From: Octopus sinensis
Lineage: Eukaryota
DNA length: 64,000 bases
Assembly: GCF_006345805.1 (NCBI RefSeq)
Contig: NC_043009.1
Span: 57,598,001-57,662,000, forward strand
Reading direction: 5' to 3'
In this document: one piece after another, positions 53,325 through 64,000 of the stretch
Layout of the letters: each line of letters begins with the position of its first letter
Position numbering within the stretch: the first letter of the stretch is position 1
Program-made: the position numbers and the translations under genes
The notes under the pieces: generated by a model
The model's database searches: none
What the model saw: only the letters and a program-made list of their open reading frames with translations
What the model was told of the DNA's origin: nothing

Positions 53325-53900
53325 GTTTTAAATTTTGACACAAGGCCAGCATTTTCATAGGAGGGCGTAAGTCGATTACATCGATCCCGGGGCTTGACTG
53401 TTACTTGTTTATCGACCCTGAAACGACGAAAGACAAAGTCGACCTCGGCGGAATTTCAACGCAGAACGTGAACACAGCGGGTGAAATACATATTTCTTTG
53501 TTGCCCACAAGGGTCTGAACACAGAGAGAACAAACAAGGACAGAGAAATGGATTAAGTCGATTACATCGACCCCAGTGCGTAACTGGTACTTAATTTATC
53601 GACCTCGAAAGGGTGAAAGGCAAAGTCAACCTCGATGGAATTTGAACTCAGAACGGATGAAACATCAATAAGCTAACGACCCTACCAGCTTTCCGCTTAG
53701 TTAGTCGTGATATTGGTTTCAAATTTTGGTACAAGGCCAGCAATTTCGGAGAAGGGCCTCAGTCGAATACTTTGATGCGAGTGTTCAATTGGTACATTAT
53801 TTTACCAAGCCCGAAATGATGCAAGGCAAAGTCGAACCCGGAGGTATTTGAACTCAGAACGTAAAGCCGGAATAAAAGCCACAAAGCATTTTGTCCGGTG
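53325..53900 (-). mobile_element. Chained SINE-A dimer plus a further copy
   Basis: Long tail joined to GTATTTC of a host copy at ~53480. Confidence 0.85.
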
Positions 53901-54039
53901 CGATAATGATTCTTCCCTTATGCCGACATGTTAGTAGTACAAATATAGATGATCGTAATAGAGAACATCGTTGAATACAGAAATTAGTTCTGCTTTTTAG
54001 AATAGTCAGTACTAGCGTTTATTGTAATTAGTATTAATA

Positions 54040-54545
54040 AAGCCGGCGTGCTTGCAGAATCGTTTGCGCGACGGACGAACTACTTAGCGTCGTTTCGTCC
54101 GTCTTTACGTTCTGAGTTCAAATTCTGCCGAGGTCGACTTTGTCTTTCATCCTTTCCGTGTTGATAAGAAAAGTTCCAGTTGAGCACTGGAGTCGATGTA
54201 ATAGATTTACTCCCTCTCCTGAAATTGCTGGCCTTGTGCCAAAATTTGAAATCAATAGTGATGACGGTTATAGAGAGTATCGTTGATTACAGAAATTAGT
54301 TCTGTTTTATATATATATAATAGTTAGCATTAGTGCTCCTTGTAATTACTATTAATAAAGGCGGTGAGTTGGCCGAATTGTTAGGGCGTCGAGAAAAGGC
54401 AAAGCAGTATTTCTTCCGGCACATTGTATCCTCAATTTGCCTTCATCCTTTCGGCGTCAATAAAATTTAATTACCTATCATGTACTAACACCGAAGATAT
54501 CGATTCAAAATTGCAGGCCTTGTCCCAAAATCAGAAACCATTAAT
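54040..54545 (+). mobile_element. Two SINE-A copies with a duplicated upstream flank
   Basis: 53960-54062 resembles 54271-54380. Confidence 0.75.
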
Positions 54546-54977
54546 GTTTGCCGTTGTTCTTGCTCTTCAGCACCAGATTAACTGCGACACAAAAGACCTC
54601 AATCGGAATTCTAAACGGCTATTTTTATGTGCAGGGTCAAAGAATCCACATTATCCGAATATCCTGCGAGGGATGATTTAGCTGCTATTTCTAGCAACTT
54701 GAGCGATCATATAGCTCATCTCTTGCTAATTCGCGGCGTCTATAGCAGTTAGTATTAATAGGGTAAATAATTTAACCGCTTTAGTACTTAATATTCGTGT
54801 CTATTGTTCTTAGCTTTCAGAAGTCTGTATTGATCGGGATATCATTTAGTATTTGCGTTTATAGTGATCACTAATTGTGTCTATATTAGTTTGTATCGTT
54901 AGTAGTTCTAACAGTGACTAGAGGTATTTCGTACTAGAGACATGATTAGTGACTAATTACGATTAAAGTGCTTAGAA

Positions 54978-55170
54978 AAGGCGGCGACCTGGCAAACTTT
55001 TTAGCACGCCAGGCAAAATGCTAATGGTATTTCGTCCGTCTTTACGTTCTGAGGTCGACTCTGCTCTTTCTTCCTTTCGGGGTCGATAAAATGAGTTAGG
55101 CAATGGGGTCGACCTAATCGACTTAATCTCCTCCCCGAAATCGCTGGCCTTTCGCCAAAACTTGAAACCA
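54978..55170 (+). mobile_element. SINE family A
   Basis: Head, core and 3' end. Confidence 0.8.
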
Positions 55171-55292
55171 CGATTAAAATGCTTAGCGTTCGTGGATAGC
55201 ACAGTTATTAATTGTGAGTGATGTGGTTTGCAGCTGTCACTGTAGCTGACAGTACTGGCATATGTTTGTATGTATGTATGTATGTATGTATG

Positions 55293-55341
<49 letters not shown>

Positions 55342-55364
55342 TTTGTAACTGAATTATTGGAAGT

Positions 55365-55407
55365 CCACCTGAAGATTGTCGATCAAGACAAGAAACGATT
55401 GTAGTGG
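55365..55407 (+). ncRNA. Apparently intact minimal type I hammerhead ribozyme
   Basis: CCAC CUGAAGA UUGUC GAUCAA GACAA GAAA CGAUUG UA GUGG; all core nucleotides present, helix III ACGAUUGU self-complementary with G-U pairs. Confidence 0.75.
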
Positions 55408-55491
55408 CGGTTTTTTGACTATTTATTAAATTTTATGTATTGATTAAGTCTTTCCTTGTTTGTTTTGCAAAATAGTGTTTTGTCTCAAATA

Positions 55492-55534
<43 letters not shown>

Positions 55535-55618
55535 AGAATTCACAAAACAAAAGACGAAGACAAGTGGTGTAGACAACAAACAGATGTATTAGTATAATGT
55601 ACGGAAAGTAGAAAAGTA

Positions 55619-55652
55619 TTTAACGTTTCGAGCCTACGCTCTTCCACGGAAA
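55619..55652 (-). ncRNA. Non-canonical minimal hammerhead-like motif
   Basis: UUU CCGUGGA A GAGC GUAG GCUC GAAA CG UU AAA; helices intact, core positions 4 and 6 deviate. Confidence 0.45.
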
Positions 55653-55727
55653 GGAACACAGGAAGAAACAAGGAGAGAAAATAAAGAATGTGTAGTGGCT
55701 GGCAATCTATCATATATATATATATAT

Positions 55728-56113
55728 ATTCTTTTATTTGCTTCAGTCATTTGACTGCAGCCATGCTGGAGTACCGCCCGCCTTTTAGTCGAACAAATCG
55801 CCCCAGAACTTATCATTTGTAAGCCTAGTACTTATTCTATCGGTATCTTTTGCCGAACCGCTAAGTTAAGGAGACTTAAACACACCGACATCGATTGTCG
55901 AGAGATATTAGTGGACAAACACGAGCACACAAATACATATATGCATACATATACGACGAGCTTCTTTCAGTTTTCGTCGACCAAATCCACTCTCAAGTCT
56001 TTGGTTGGCCCCGAGGCTATAGTAGAAGACACTTGCCCAAGGTGCCACGCAGTGGGACTGAACTCAGAACCATGTGGCTGGAAAGCAAGCTTCTTACTAC
56101 CGCCACGCTGCAC
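55728..56113 (-). mobile_element. SINE family B
   Basis: Full structure. Confidence 0.9.
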
Positions 56114-56221
56114 CTATATATATATGAGTTAGACTTCATATCTGTAGATGTTAGTGTTGCTGGTTTGAATAGTTATAATTTGTGTCTATGAAGGGTGTGT
56201 TTGGTAGCTATATTAGTATTA

Positions 56222-57085
56222 AGATGGCGAACTAGAACAATCTTTAGCAAGCCTGGCAAAATGCTGAGCATCATTTCGCCCGTCTTCACGTTCTGAGTTG
56301 AAATAACGCTGAGGTCGACTTTATCTTCTATTCTTTCGGGGTGGATAAAATAATTACCACGTGAGCAATGGGATCGCTGTATTCGACTTACCGGCTCCTT
56401 TAACAGTGCTGCAGTTGTGCCTAATTTTGAAACGTAGTAGTATAATAGATGTAATAGTTTGTATAGTAGTTAAAGTAATTAATATTACAGTCGATCATAG
56501 TATTGGTTGCTGGCGAGCTGGCAGAATCGTTAGCATAATGGACGAAAAGCTTAGCGGTATTTCACCCGTTGCTACGTTCTGGGTTCAAATTCAAAAGTGG
56601 TAGACTTTGCCTTTCATCCTTTCGTGGTCGATAAATTAAGTACCAGTGAAACATTGGGGTCGATATAATCGACTAGTTTCCACCCCACAAATTTCAGGTC
56701 TTGTGTCTCCAGGAGAAAAGATTATTGTTAGTATTAGTAAGGTGGCAAGCTGGCAAAAGCGTTAGCACGCTGGACGAAATGCATAGCTGTATTTTGCCCG
56801 CCGCTACGTTCTGAGTTCAAATTGCGCCGAGGTTGACTTTGCCTTTCATCCTTTCAGGGTCGATTAATTAAGTACCAGTGAAACATTAGTGTCGATATAA
56901 TCAACTACCTCACTCCACACAAAATTTCAGGCCTTGTGTCTCCAGGAGAAAAGATTATCATTACTGTTACTTAGGCAGCGAGCTGGCAGAATTGTTAGCA
57001 TGTTGGACGGTATGCTTAGCCGAGGTCGACTTTGTCTTTCATCGTTTCGGGGTAAATAAATTAAGTACCAGTTACGCACTGGGGA
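56222..57085 (+). mobile_element. Four tandem SINE-A copies
   Basis: Heads at ~56222, ~56510, ~56740 and ~56972. Confidence 0.85.
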
Positions 57086-57094
57086 CGATGTATG

Positions 57095-57300
57095 TGGGTA
57101 TGAAGGTGTGTTGCCTAGCGGTTGTACACATGATTGTGGCTTTGAGTCCCGGACCGGGCGGTGAGTTGTGTTCCCTGTGCTCTTGAGGAAACACTTCGTT
57201 TCACGTTTTCTCCAGCCCACTCAGTCGTAAATGGGTTACACACTGCGACGGACGGTATAGCCTTCCGATCAGGGGCCAACGTTGGCCTGCTCGCGCCAAT
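57095..57300 (+). mobile_element. SINE family C, decayed
   Basis: CTTGAGGAAACACTTCGTTTCACGTTTTCTCCAGCCCACTCAG core. Confidence 0.65.
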
Positions 57301-57483
57301 CAGCGGCGGAGGCCGGGGTGTTTGAGGTTGGGGGGTCTTTGGTCGGAAGCTAAAACACAGTGCGAAGAACATTGTGAGCAGCGGTGTATAACAACATCCC
57401 ATTGTCTGGTCAATACTGTGATATGTATGTATCTATCCATCTATCTGTCAGTCTGTCTGTCTGTCTGTCTGTCTGCCTGTCTG

Positions 57484-57523
<40 letters not shown>

Positions 57524-58530
57524 GATAGCGAGATAGATTGATAGATATAGAGAAATATATATACATGTCTATTTACATATGCATAAATATGTATATATGC
57601 TTCTCTCTCTCTCTCTCTCTTTATATATATATATATATATATATGTACGTATGTATGTATATATATATATATGTACGTATGTATGGGGATGTATGTTATG
57701 GCCATTTGCTTCGTTTCACAGTATAGCTATTTTATTTACGGTTATTGTGGTGACATGAGGAGCGATATATTACCATTGTTATTGTTGCTGATGCTCTTTC
57801 TCTACATAGAATTTTACTGTTAGCTTTGTGGTTTCTCTAGGATACAAATGTTGACTATTTTTCTGATTTTATGGTTTATATTTTATATTGTTATGGCCTT
57901 GTTTATTTGCTCCAGGCTTGGTTTTTATTTCGTTTCTGTGGATTTTGGTGACTTGTGTTTGAAGTTTGCGCTCCGTTTTTATGAGGTTGGCTATTTCTGT
58001 AATTTTTTATGGTGTCTTGAAGGATATGAGTTTAGATGCGTCTATAATGATTTTGTTGGATGCATGTACTTCAGAGTTAATTGTGTTGGTCTTCGAGTTG
58101 TTAAATTCCGGTATTCATGATTGGTTTTCTTGGTGGGTCTCGTTCTACTGTATCGTTTGAAGTTAGTAAAAATAGTTTCGTTTACTGCGTGGTTGTGAGG
58201 GTAATTGTTAAGTGGTTCTAGGAATGGTTTGCAAAATGATCGTTGTTCTTTAGCTTCGTGCGTGGAGTAGATGGCAGTAGTTGGAGAAGTGTGGTTGCAA
58301 ACGACTTGAGAAGATGTGCAGGTGTTGGTTGAAGCTGTTCTGATGTAAAGAGAGTCCAGTTTTAATAATGCTTTGAAATCACTTTTGATATCTGCATTAC
58401 TTGAAAATGTGGAGGCGTGTAGCGCATTGTAAATTTCCCTAATAATAGAATTTATATGTACGTTAAAATATAATTGAGGTGTGTATCCACGTGGACAATG
58501 GACGATTGCGGTATATACATATATATATAT

Positions 58531-58564
<34 letters not shown>

Positions 58565-58719
58565 CCAATTAAGGACTGAACACCGAAAAGTGGACAGTCA
58601 ACATGCTAGATATAGACGTCAAATCGCCATTCACCACAAAAGATTATGTTCTCAGATCAAACTCAGCACAAAACCATAGCAATAAACAAGTGAAAATATA
58701 TACGAAATAAAATAATTAC

Positions 58720-58782
58720 CCATGTACTAATTAGTTTCGGCTGTTATTTTCCGCAGGAAAACTGCAGCCATCATCAGCATGG
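58720..58782 (-). ncRNA. Type I hammerhead ribozyme, monomer 1 (intact)
   Basis: CCAUG CUGAUGA U GGCUG...CAGCC GAAA CUAAUUAG UA CAUGG. Confidence 0.85.
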
Positions 58783-59218
58783 TCCGTTATAAATGCAATT
58801 TGCTGGAGTAGATGCAAACACGATACCGAAATATCGCGTGCATGGAGTTCAGCCTATTACATTTGAATATATCTTTCAATGCCTTTACTTTGGCGCGTTG
58901 AGGCCCGAGAAAACTAGCCTGCAGCTAATAATTAGCAGCAGTCAATTATCGGTTAGAGAACATATTATTTATATAAAATTAATTAAGGGTAGAAATTGAT
59001 ATTTATCAATTAAGACCAGTGGTCTAGCATATTAAAAAAGAATCCGAAGATTAAAATATTATATATACCAATTAAGGACTGAACAAGAAAAGTGGACAGT
59101 CAACATGCTAGATATAGACGTCAAATCGCCATTCACCACAAAAGATTATGTTCTCAGATCAAACTCAGCACAAAACCATAGCAAAAACAGTGAAAAATAT
59201 ACGAAATAAAATAATTAC

Positions 59219-59282
59219 CCATGTACTAATTAGTTTCGGCTGTTATTTTCCGCAAGGAAAACTGCAGCCATCATCAGCATGG
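59219..59282 (-). ncRNA. Type I hammerhead ribozyme, monomer 2 (intact)
   Basis: Same fold, all core nucleotides present. Confidence 0.85.
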
Positions 59283-59724
59283 TCCGTTATAAATGCAATT
59301 TTCTGGACTAGATGCAAACACGATACCGAAATATCGCGTGCATGGAGTTCAGCCTATTACTATTTTGAATATATCTTTCAATGCCTTTACTTTGGCGCGT
59401 TGAGGCCGAGAAAACTAGCCTGCAGCTAATAATTAGCAGCAGTCAATTTATCGGTTAGAGAACATATTTATTTATATAAAATTAATTAAGGGTAGAATTG
59501 ATATTATCAATTAAGACCAGTGGTCTAGCATATTAAAAAAGAATCCGAAGATTAAAATATTTATATATACCAATTAAGGACTGAACACGAAAAGTGGACA
59601 GTCAACATGCTATAGATATAGACGTCAAATCGCCATTCACCACAAAAGATTATGTTCTCAGATCAAACTCAGCACAAAACCATAGCAATAAACAAGTGAA
59701 AAATATACGAAATAAAATAATTAC

Positions 59725-59786
59725 CCATGTACTAATAGTTTCGGCTGTATTTTCCGCAAGGAAAACTGCAGCCATCATCAGCATGG
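59725..59786 (-). ncRNA. Hammerhead, monomer 3 (1-nt deletion in the helix III palindrome)
   Basis: ACTAATAGT instead of ACTAATTAGT. Confidence 0.75.
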
Positions 59787-60223
59787 TCCGTTATAAATGC
59801 AATTTGCTGGACTAGATGCAAACACGATACCGAAATATCGCGTGCATGGAGTTCAGCCTATTACATTTGAATATATCTTTCAATGCCTTTACTTTGGCGC
59901 GTTGAGGCCCGAGAAAACTAGCCTGCAGCTAATAATTAGCAGCAGTCAATTTATCGGTTAGAGAACATATTTATTATATAAAATTATTAAGGGTAGAAAT
60001 TGATATTTATCAATTAAGACCAGTGGTCTAGCATATTAAAAAAGAATCCGAAGATTAAAATATTTATATATACCAATTAAGGACTGAACACGAAAAGTGG
60101 ACAGTCAACATGCTAGATATAGACGTCAAATCGCCATTCACCACAAAAGATTATGTTCTCAGATCAACTCAGCACAAAACCATAGCATAAACAAGTGAAA
60201 AATATACGAAATAAAATAATTAC

Positions 60224-60286
60224 CCATGTACTAATTAGTTGCGGCTGTATTTTCCGCAAGGAAAACTGCAGCCATCATCAGCATGG
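60224..60286 (-). ncRNA. Hammerhead, monomer 4 (GAAA changed to GCAA)
   Basis: Plus strand AGTTGCGGCTG. Confidence 0.7.
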
Positions 60287-60723
60287 TCCGTTATAAATGC
60301 AATTTGCTGGACTAGATGCAAACACGATACCGAAATATCGCGTGCATGGAGTTCAGCCTATTACATTTGGTATATCTTTCAAATGCCTACTTTGGCGCGT
60401 TGAGGCCGAGAAAACTAGCCTGCAGCTAATAATTAGCAGCAGTCAATTATCGGTTAGAGAACATATTTATTTATATAAAATTAATTAAGGGTAGAAATTG
60501 ATATTTATCAATTAAGACCAGTGGTCTAGCATATTAAAAAATAATACGAAGATTAAAATATTTATATATACCAATTAAGGACTGAACACGAAAAGTGGAC
60601 AGTCAACATGCTAGATATAGACGTCAAATCGCCATTCACCACAAAAGATTATGTTCTCAGATCAAACTCAGCACAAAACCATAGCAATAAACAAGTGAAA
60701 AATATACGAAATAAAATAATTAT

Positions 60724-60787
60724 CCATGTACTAATTAGTTTCGGCTGTTATTTTCCGCAAGGAAAACTGCAGCCATCATCAGCATGG
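60724..60787 (-). ncRNA. Type I hammerhead ribozyme, monomer 5 (intact)
   Basis: Same fold; lies 7 nt from the inversion junction. Confidence 0.85.
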
Positions 60788-61081
60788 TCCGTTATTGGTA
60801 TATATAAATATTTTAATCTTCGGATTCTTTTTTAATATGCTAGACCACTGGTCTTAATTGATAAATATCAATTTTACCCTTAATTAATTTTATATAAATA
60901 AAATGTTCTCAACCGATAAATTGACTGCTGCTAATTATTAGCCGCAGGCTAGTTTTCTCGGGCCTCAACGCGCCAAAGTAAAGGCATTTGAAAGATATAT
61001 TCAAATGTAATAGGCTGAACTCCATGCACGCGATATTTCGGTATCGGTTGCATCTAGTCCAGCAAATTGCATTTATAAGGA

Positions 61082-61145
61082 CCATGCTGATGATGGCTGC
61101 AGTTTTCCTTGCGGAAAATAACAGCCGAAAACAATTAGTACATGG
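61082..61145 (+). ncRNA. Hammerhead, monomer 6 (helix III altered: GAAAACAATTAGTA)
   Basis: Direct reading. Confidence 0.7.
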
Positions 61146-61581
61146 GTAATTATTATTTCGTATATTTTTCACTTGTTTATTGCTATGGTTTTGTGCTGAG
61201 TTTGATCTGAGAACATAATCTTTTGTGGTGAAATGGCGATTGACGTCTATATCTAGCATGTTGACTGTCCAACTTTTCGTTTCAGTCCTTAATTGGTATT
61301 ATATAAATATTTTAATCTTCGGATTCTTTTTTAATATGCTAGACCACTGGTCTTATTGATAAATATCAATTTCTACCCTTAATTAATTTTATATAAATAA
61401 ATATGTTCTCTAACCGATAAATGACTGCTGCTAATTATTAGCTGCAGGCTAGTTTTCTCGGGCCTCAACGCGCCAAAGTAAAGGCATTTGAAAGATATAT
61501 TCAATGTAATAGGCTGAACTCCATGCACGCGAATTTCGGTATCGTGTTTGCATCTAGTCCAGCAAATTGCATTATAACGGA

Positions 61582-61645
61582 CCATGCTGATGATAGCTGC
61601 AGTTTTCCTTGCGGAAAATAACAGCCGAAACTAATTAGTACATGG
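61582..61645 (+). ncRNA. Hammerhead, monomer 7 (first helix II pair G changed to A)
   Basis: CCATG CTGATGA T AGCTG...CAGCC GAAA CTAATTAG TA CATGG. Confidence 0.75.
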
Positions 61646-62421
61646 GTAATTATTATTTCGTATATTTTTCACTTGTTTATTGCTATGGTTTTGTGCTGAG
61701 TTTGATCTGAGAACATAATCTTTTGTGGTGAATGGCGATTTGACGTCTATATCTAGCATGTTGACTGTCCACTTTTCGTGTTCAGTCCTTAATTGGTATA
61801 TATATATATATATATATATGTATATACCGCAATCGTCCATTGTCCACGTGGATACATACCTCAATTATATTTTAACGTTCATATAAATTCTATTATTAGG
61901 GAAATTTACAATGCGCTACACGCCTCCACATTTTCAAGTAATGCAGATATCAAAAGTGATTTCAAAGCATTATTAAGACTGGACTCTCTTTACATCAGAA
62001 CAGCTTCAACCAACACCTGCACATCTTCTCAAGTCGTTTGCAACCACACTTCTCCAACTACTGCCATCTACTCCACGCACGAAGCTAAAGAACAACGATC
62101 ATTTTGCAAACCATTCCTAGAAACACACTAACATTACCCTCACAACCACGCAGTAAACGAAACTATTTTTACTAACTTCAAACGATACAGTAGAACGAGA
62201 CCCACCAAGAAAACCAATCATGAATACCGGAATTTAACAACTCGAAGACCAACACAATTAACTCTGAAGTACATGCATCCAACAAAATCATTATAGACGC
62301 ATCTAAACTCATATCCTTCAAGACACCATAAAAAATTACAGAAATAGGCATCTATTTTTAACATGTCATGCGGCCATATTCAAAATCCTTTTTCGGGTCT
62401 CGGGCGCTATAGTAGATATTA

Positions 62422-63091
62422 TGAGGGGAAATCAAAAATTATCAACACTTCCGCAATAACGTATTTTTATTATTGTCACACTGCCTTCTGCGCATGCGTG
62501 CTAATAGCTGGTACTATTGTGGTCACGTGATCGAAGTTTGAACCTGGTAGCGCCATATTTCTTTTTGGCTTTACAGTGTAAGTATGGCCGCCCCACTAAG
62601 CGATCTGCACCAAAGAAGAACAAAGAGAAGTGACCCGAGAGATTGTAATGGTGAACCGGTTCACCATTACCATATCTCGAGCTTACTGAATCTTCTCGTC
62701 TGTGGTGGAGATTGACGGGCGCCCTGCATCCTCTTCGTACGTCACGCTTTTTCCGGCCACTTTTAAACTTCTCGATCCACTCACACGCACTTCTATGCGG
62801 TAGTGCACTGTGCCCCTATTGTGCCAAAAGCCTCCGATGAATTTCAGCACCTGACACAATTTCCGACCACAGAAATCGGATCACTGCTCTTTGTTCTTCT
62901 TTGGTGAACATTGCTAGTGGAGCGGCCATGCTTACACTGTAAAGCCAGAACGAAAAATGGCGCGATCAGGCTCAAACTTCGATCTCGGGACCACGGTAGT
63001 ACCAACTATAAGTTCGCATGCGCAAAAATCAGTGAGACAATAATAAAGATCTGTTATAGCGAAAGTACGGATAATTTTTGACTTCCTCTCG
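62422..63091. mobile_element. Non-autonomous mariner derivative made of two inverted 5' ends
   Basis: TA-flanked TIRs (T)GAGGGGAAATCAAAAATTATC / GATAATTTTTGACTTCCTCTCG; ~215-bp arms; minus strand from 62929 reads MAAPLAMFTKEEQRAVIRFLWSE...AEIHRRL...EWIEKFKSGR, a mariner HTH region with stops. Confidence 0.9.
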
Positions 63092-64000
63092 TATATAGTT
63101 GAGAGAAGGGAAACTAGATAATATTGCTGCCTACATATACTTAGTGTAGGAGCCTCTAATAATTAGATAATTAGTATTATTGGCTATAATAGCAACGATA
63201 ATGACTACTATTGCTGGCTATGATAATTGGTATTCTTGCCTACAGTTAGTCTTTTGACTGAAGCAGTTATCACTGGCGACTATACTACACAGAAGGCTAA
63301 ATTGCTCAATATTAGCACAGATGCTATAAATTTCGGATGAACGGGGGCCGCAACACATAAAGAAATTTCATACACAATTTTATTATTGCAAATATAGTTT
63401 ACATGAAAAGTTATATAAATATTAAAATATATTCGTTTGTAATAATGTTTATTCATGTAGGTATTTTTTTAAAGCTTATAGTTTGTATTAGATTCAGTAA
63501 ACACGAAATATATTTATATACTAAGTGTTTTCAAAATTTTGACTGCTGATTATTTTAACTATTTTGAGCGTGTTTAGTATGGTAATGGACTACAGGAACA
63601 TCTAATATGCGAATTTGCATTTCAGTAACATAAAATTAGCCTACCTAAAATAAAAATAAAAGCGGTGACAAGGAAAGAACATTTTTAAAGATATTTATTT
63701 CTTCGTAAATATCTGGACGAAACATGGCGGAAAATAAGCAAAACAACAAAACAAATACAAATGTAAGGAAACTGAAGGTATTCTAAATACGTACCACCTT
63801 GCAAAATTACAGTCTTATCATAATATTTCTTATGACAACCAGACAGCGATACAATTATCAAGCTAATGCAAATGCTAATTACTCCAAGTAGAATTATGTG
63901 GAAACTTCATTTTGATTTAGAATTGAAGAACTTCCAACCGTTATGTTGTCAACTTTCTGCAAGATTATTGTAGCAGATGTTTATTTGTAAATTTTACACT

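Larger units (their letters stand above)
58562..60795 (-). repeat. Tandem array of ~500-bp monomers (about 4.5 copies), each with a minus-strand hammerhead
   Basis: Monomer starts ATACCAATTAAGG at 58562, 59065, 59567, 60070 and 60568. Confidence 0.97.
60794..61799 (+). repeat. Two inverted ~500-bp monomers, each with a plus-strand hammerhead
   Basis: Reverse complement of the 58562 monomer. Confidence 0.97.
57991..62347. repeat. Large asymmetric inverted repeat (centre ~60794)
   Basis: 57991-58515 is the reverse complement of ~61815-62347; the internal 500-bp monomers switch strand at CCGTTAT/ATTGGTAT. Confidence 0.95.

Noticed and set aside
58562-61799. CRISPR-like or protein-coding repeat (ORFs 58793-58999, 59148-59429, 60909-61259 etc.)
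   Set aside because: No unique spacers, and the context is eukaryotic. The ORFs differ in frame and length between near-identical monomers.

Overview
AT-rich, repeat-dominated animal genomic DNA, most likely a coleoid cephalopod (Octopus-like; inferred from the SINE families, not proven). It contains one 100-N gap. Almost every ORF in the supplied track is a microsatellite artefact, and no intact protein-coding gene is supported. Recognisable content: dozens of tRNA-derived SINEs of three families, fragments of RLE-type LINEs, Tc1/mariner and hAT-type MITEs, and one frameshifted, intronless LAMP-family-like pseudogene (33.2-34.1 kb, minus strand). The strongest unexplained signal is RNA-level. 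At 58.56-61.80 kb there is a tandem array of ~500-bp monomers, each carrying a type I hammerhead ribozyme fold (CUGAUGA/GAAA core, palindromic helix III ACUAAUUAGU, GUA cleavage triplet). The array lies inside a ~4.4-kb asymmetric palindrome and resembles a retrozyme or Penelope pseudo-LTR array. About ten further hammerhead-like motifs from several unrelated repeat families occur elsewhere, including a G3-C8 core variant, a tRNA-headed ribozyme element and an apparently intact 43-nt minimal motif. A second unusual signal is a SINE subfamily that inserts into or next to its own relatives and leaves 100-180-bp duplications of host sequence. All structures were read by eye; no folding or database search was run.
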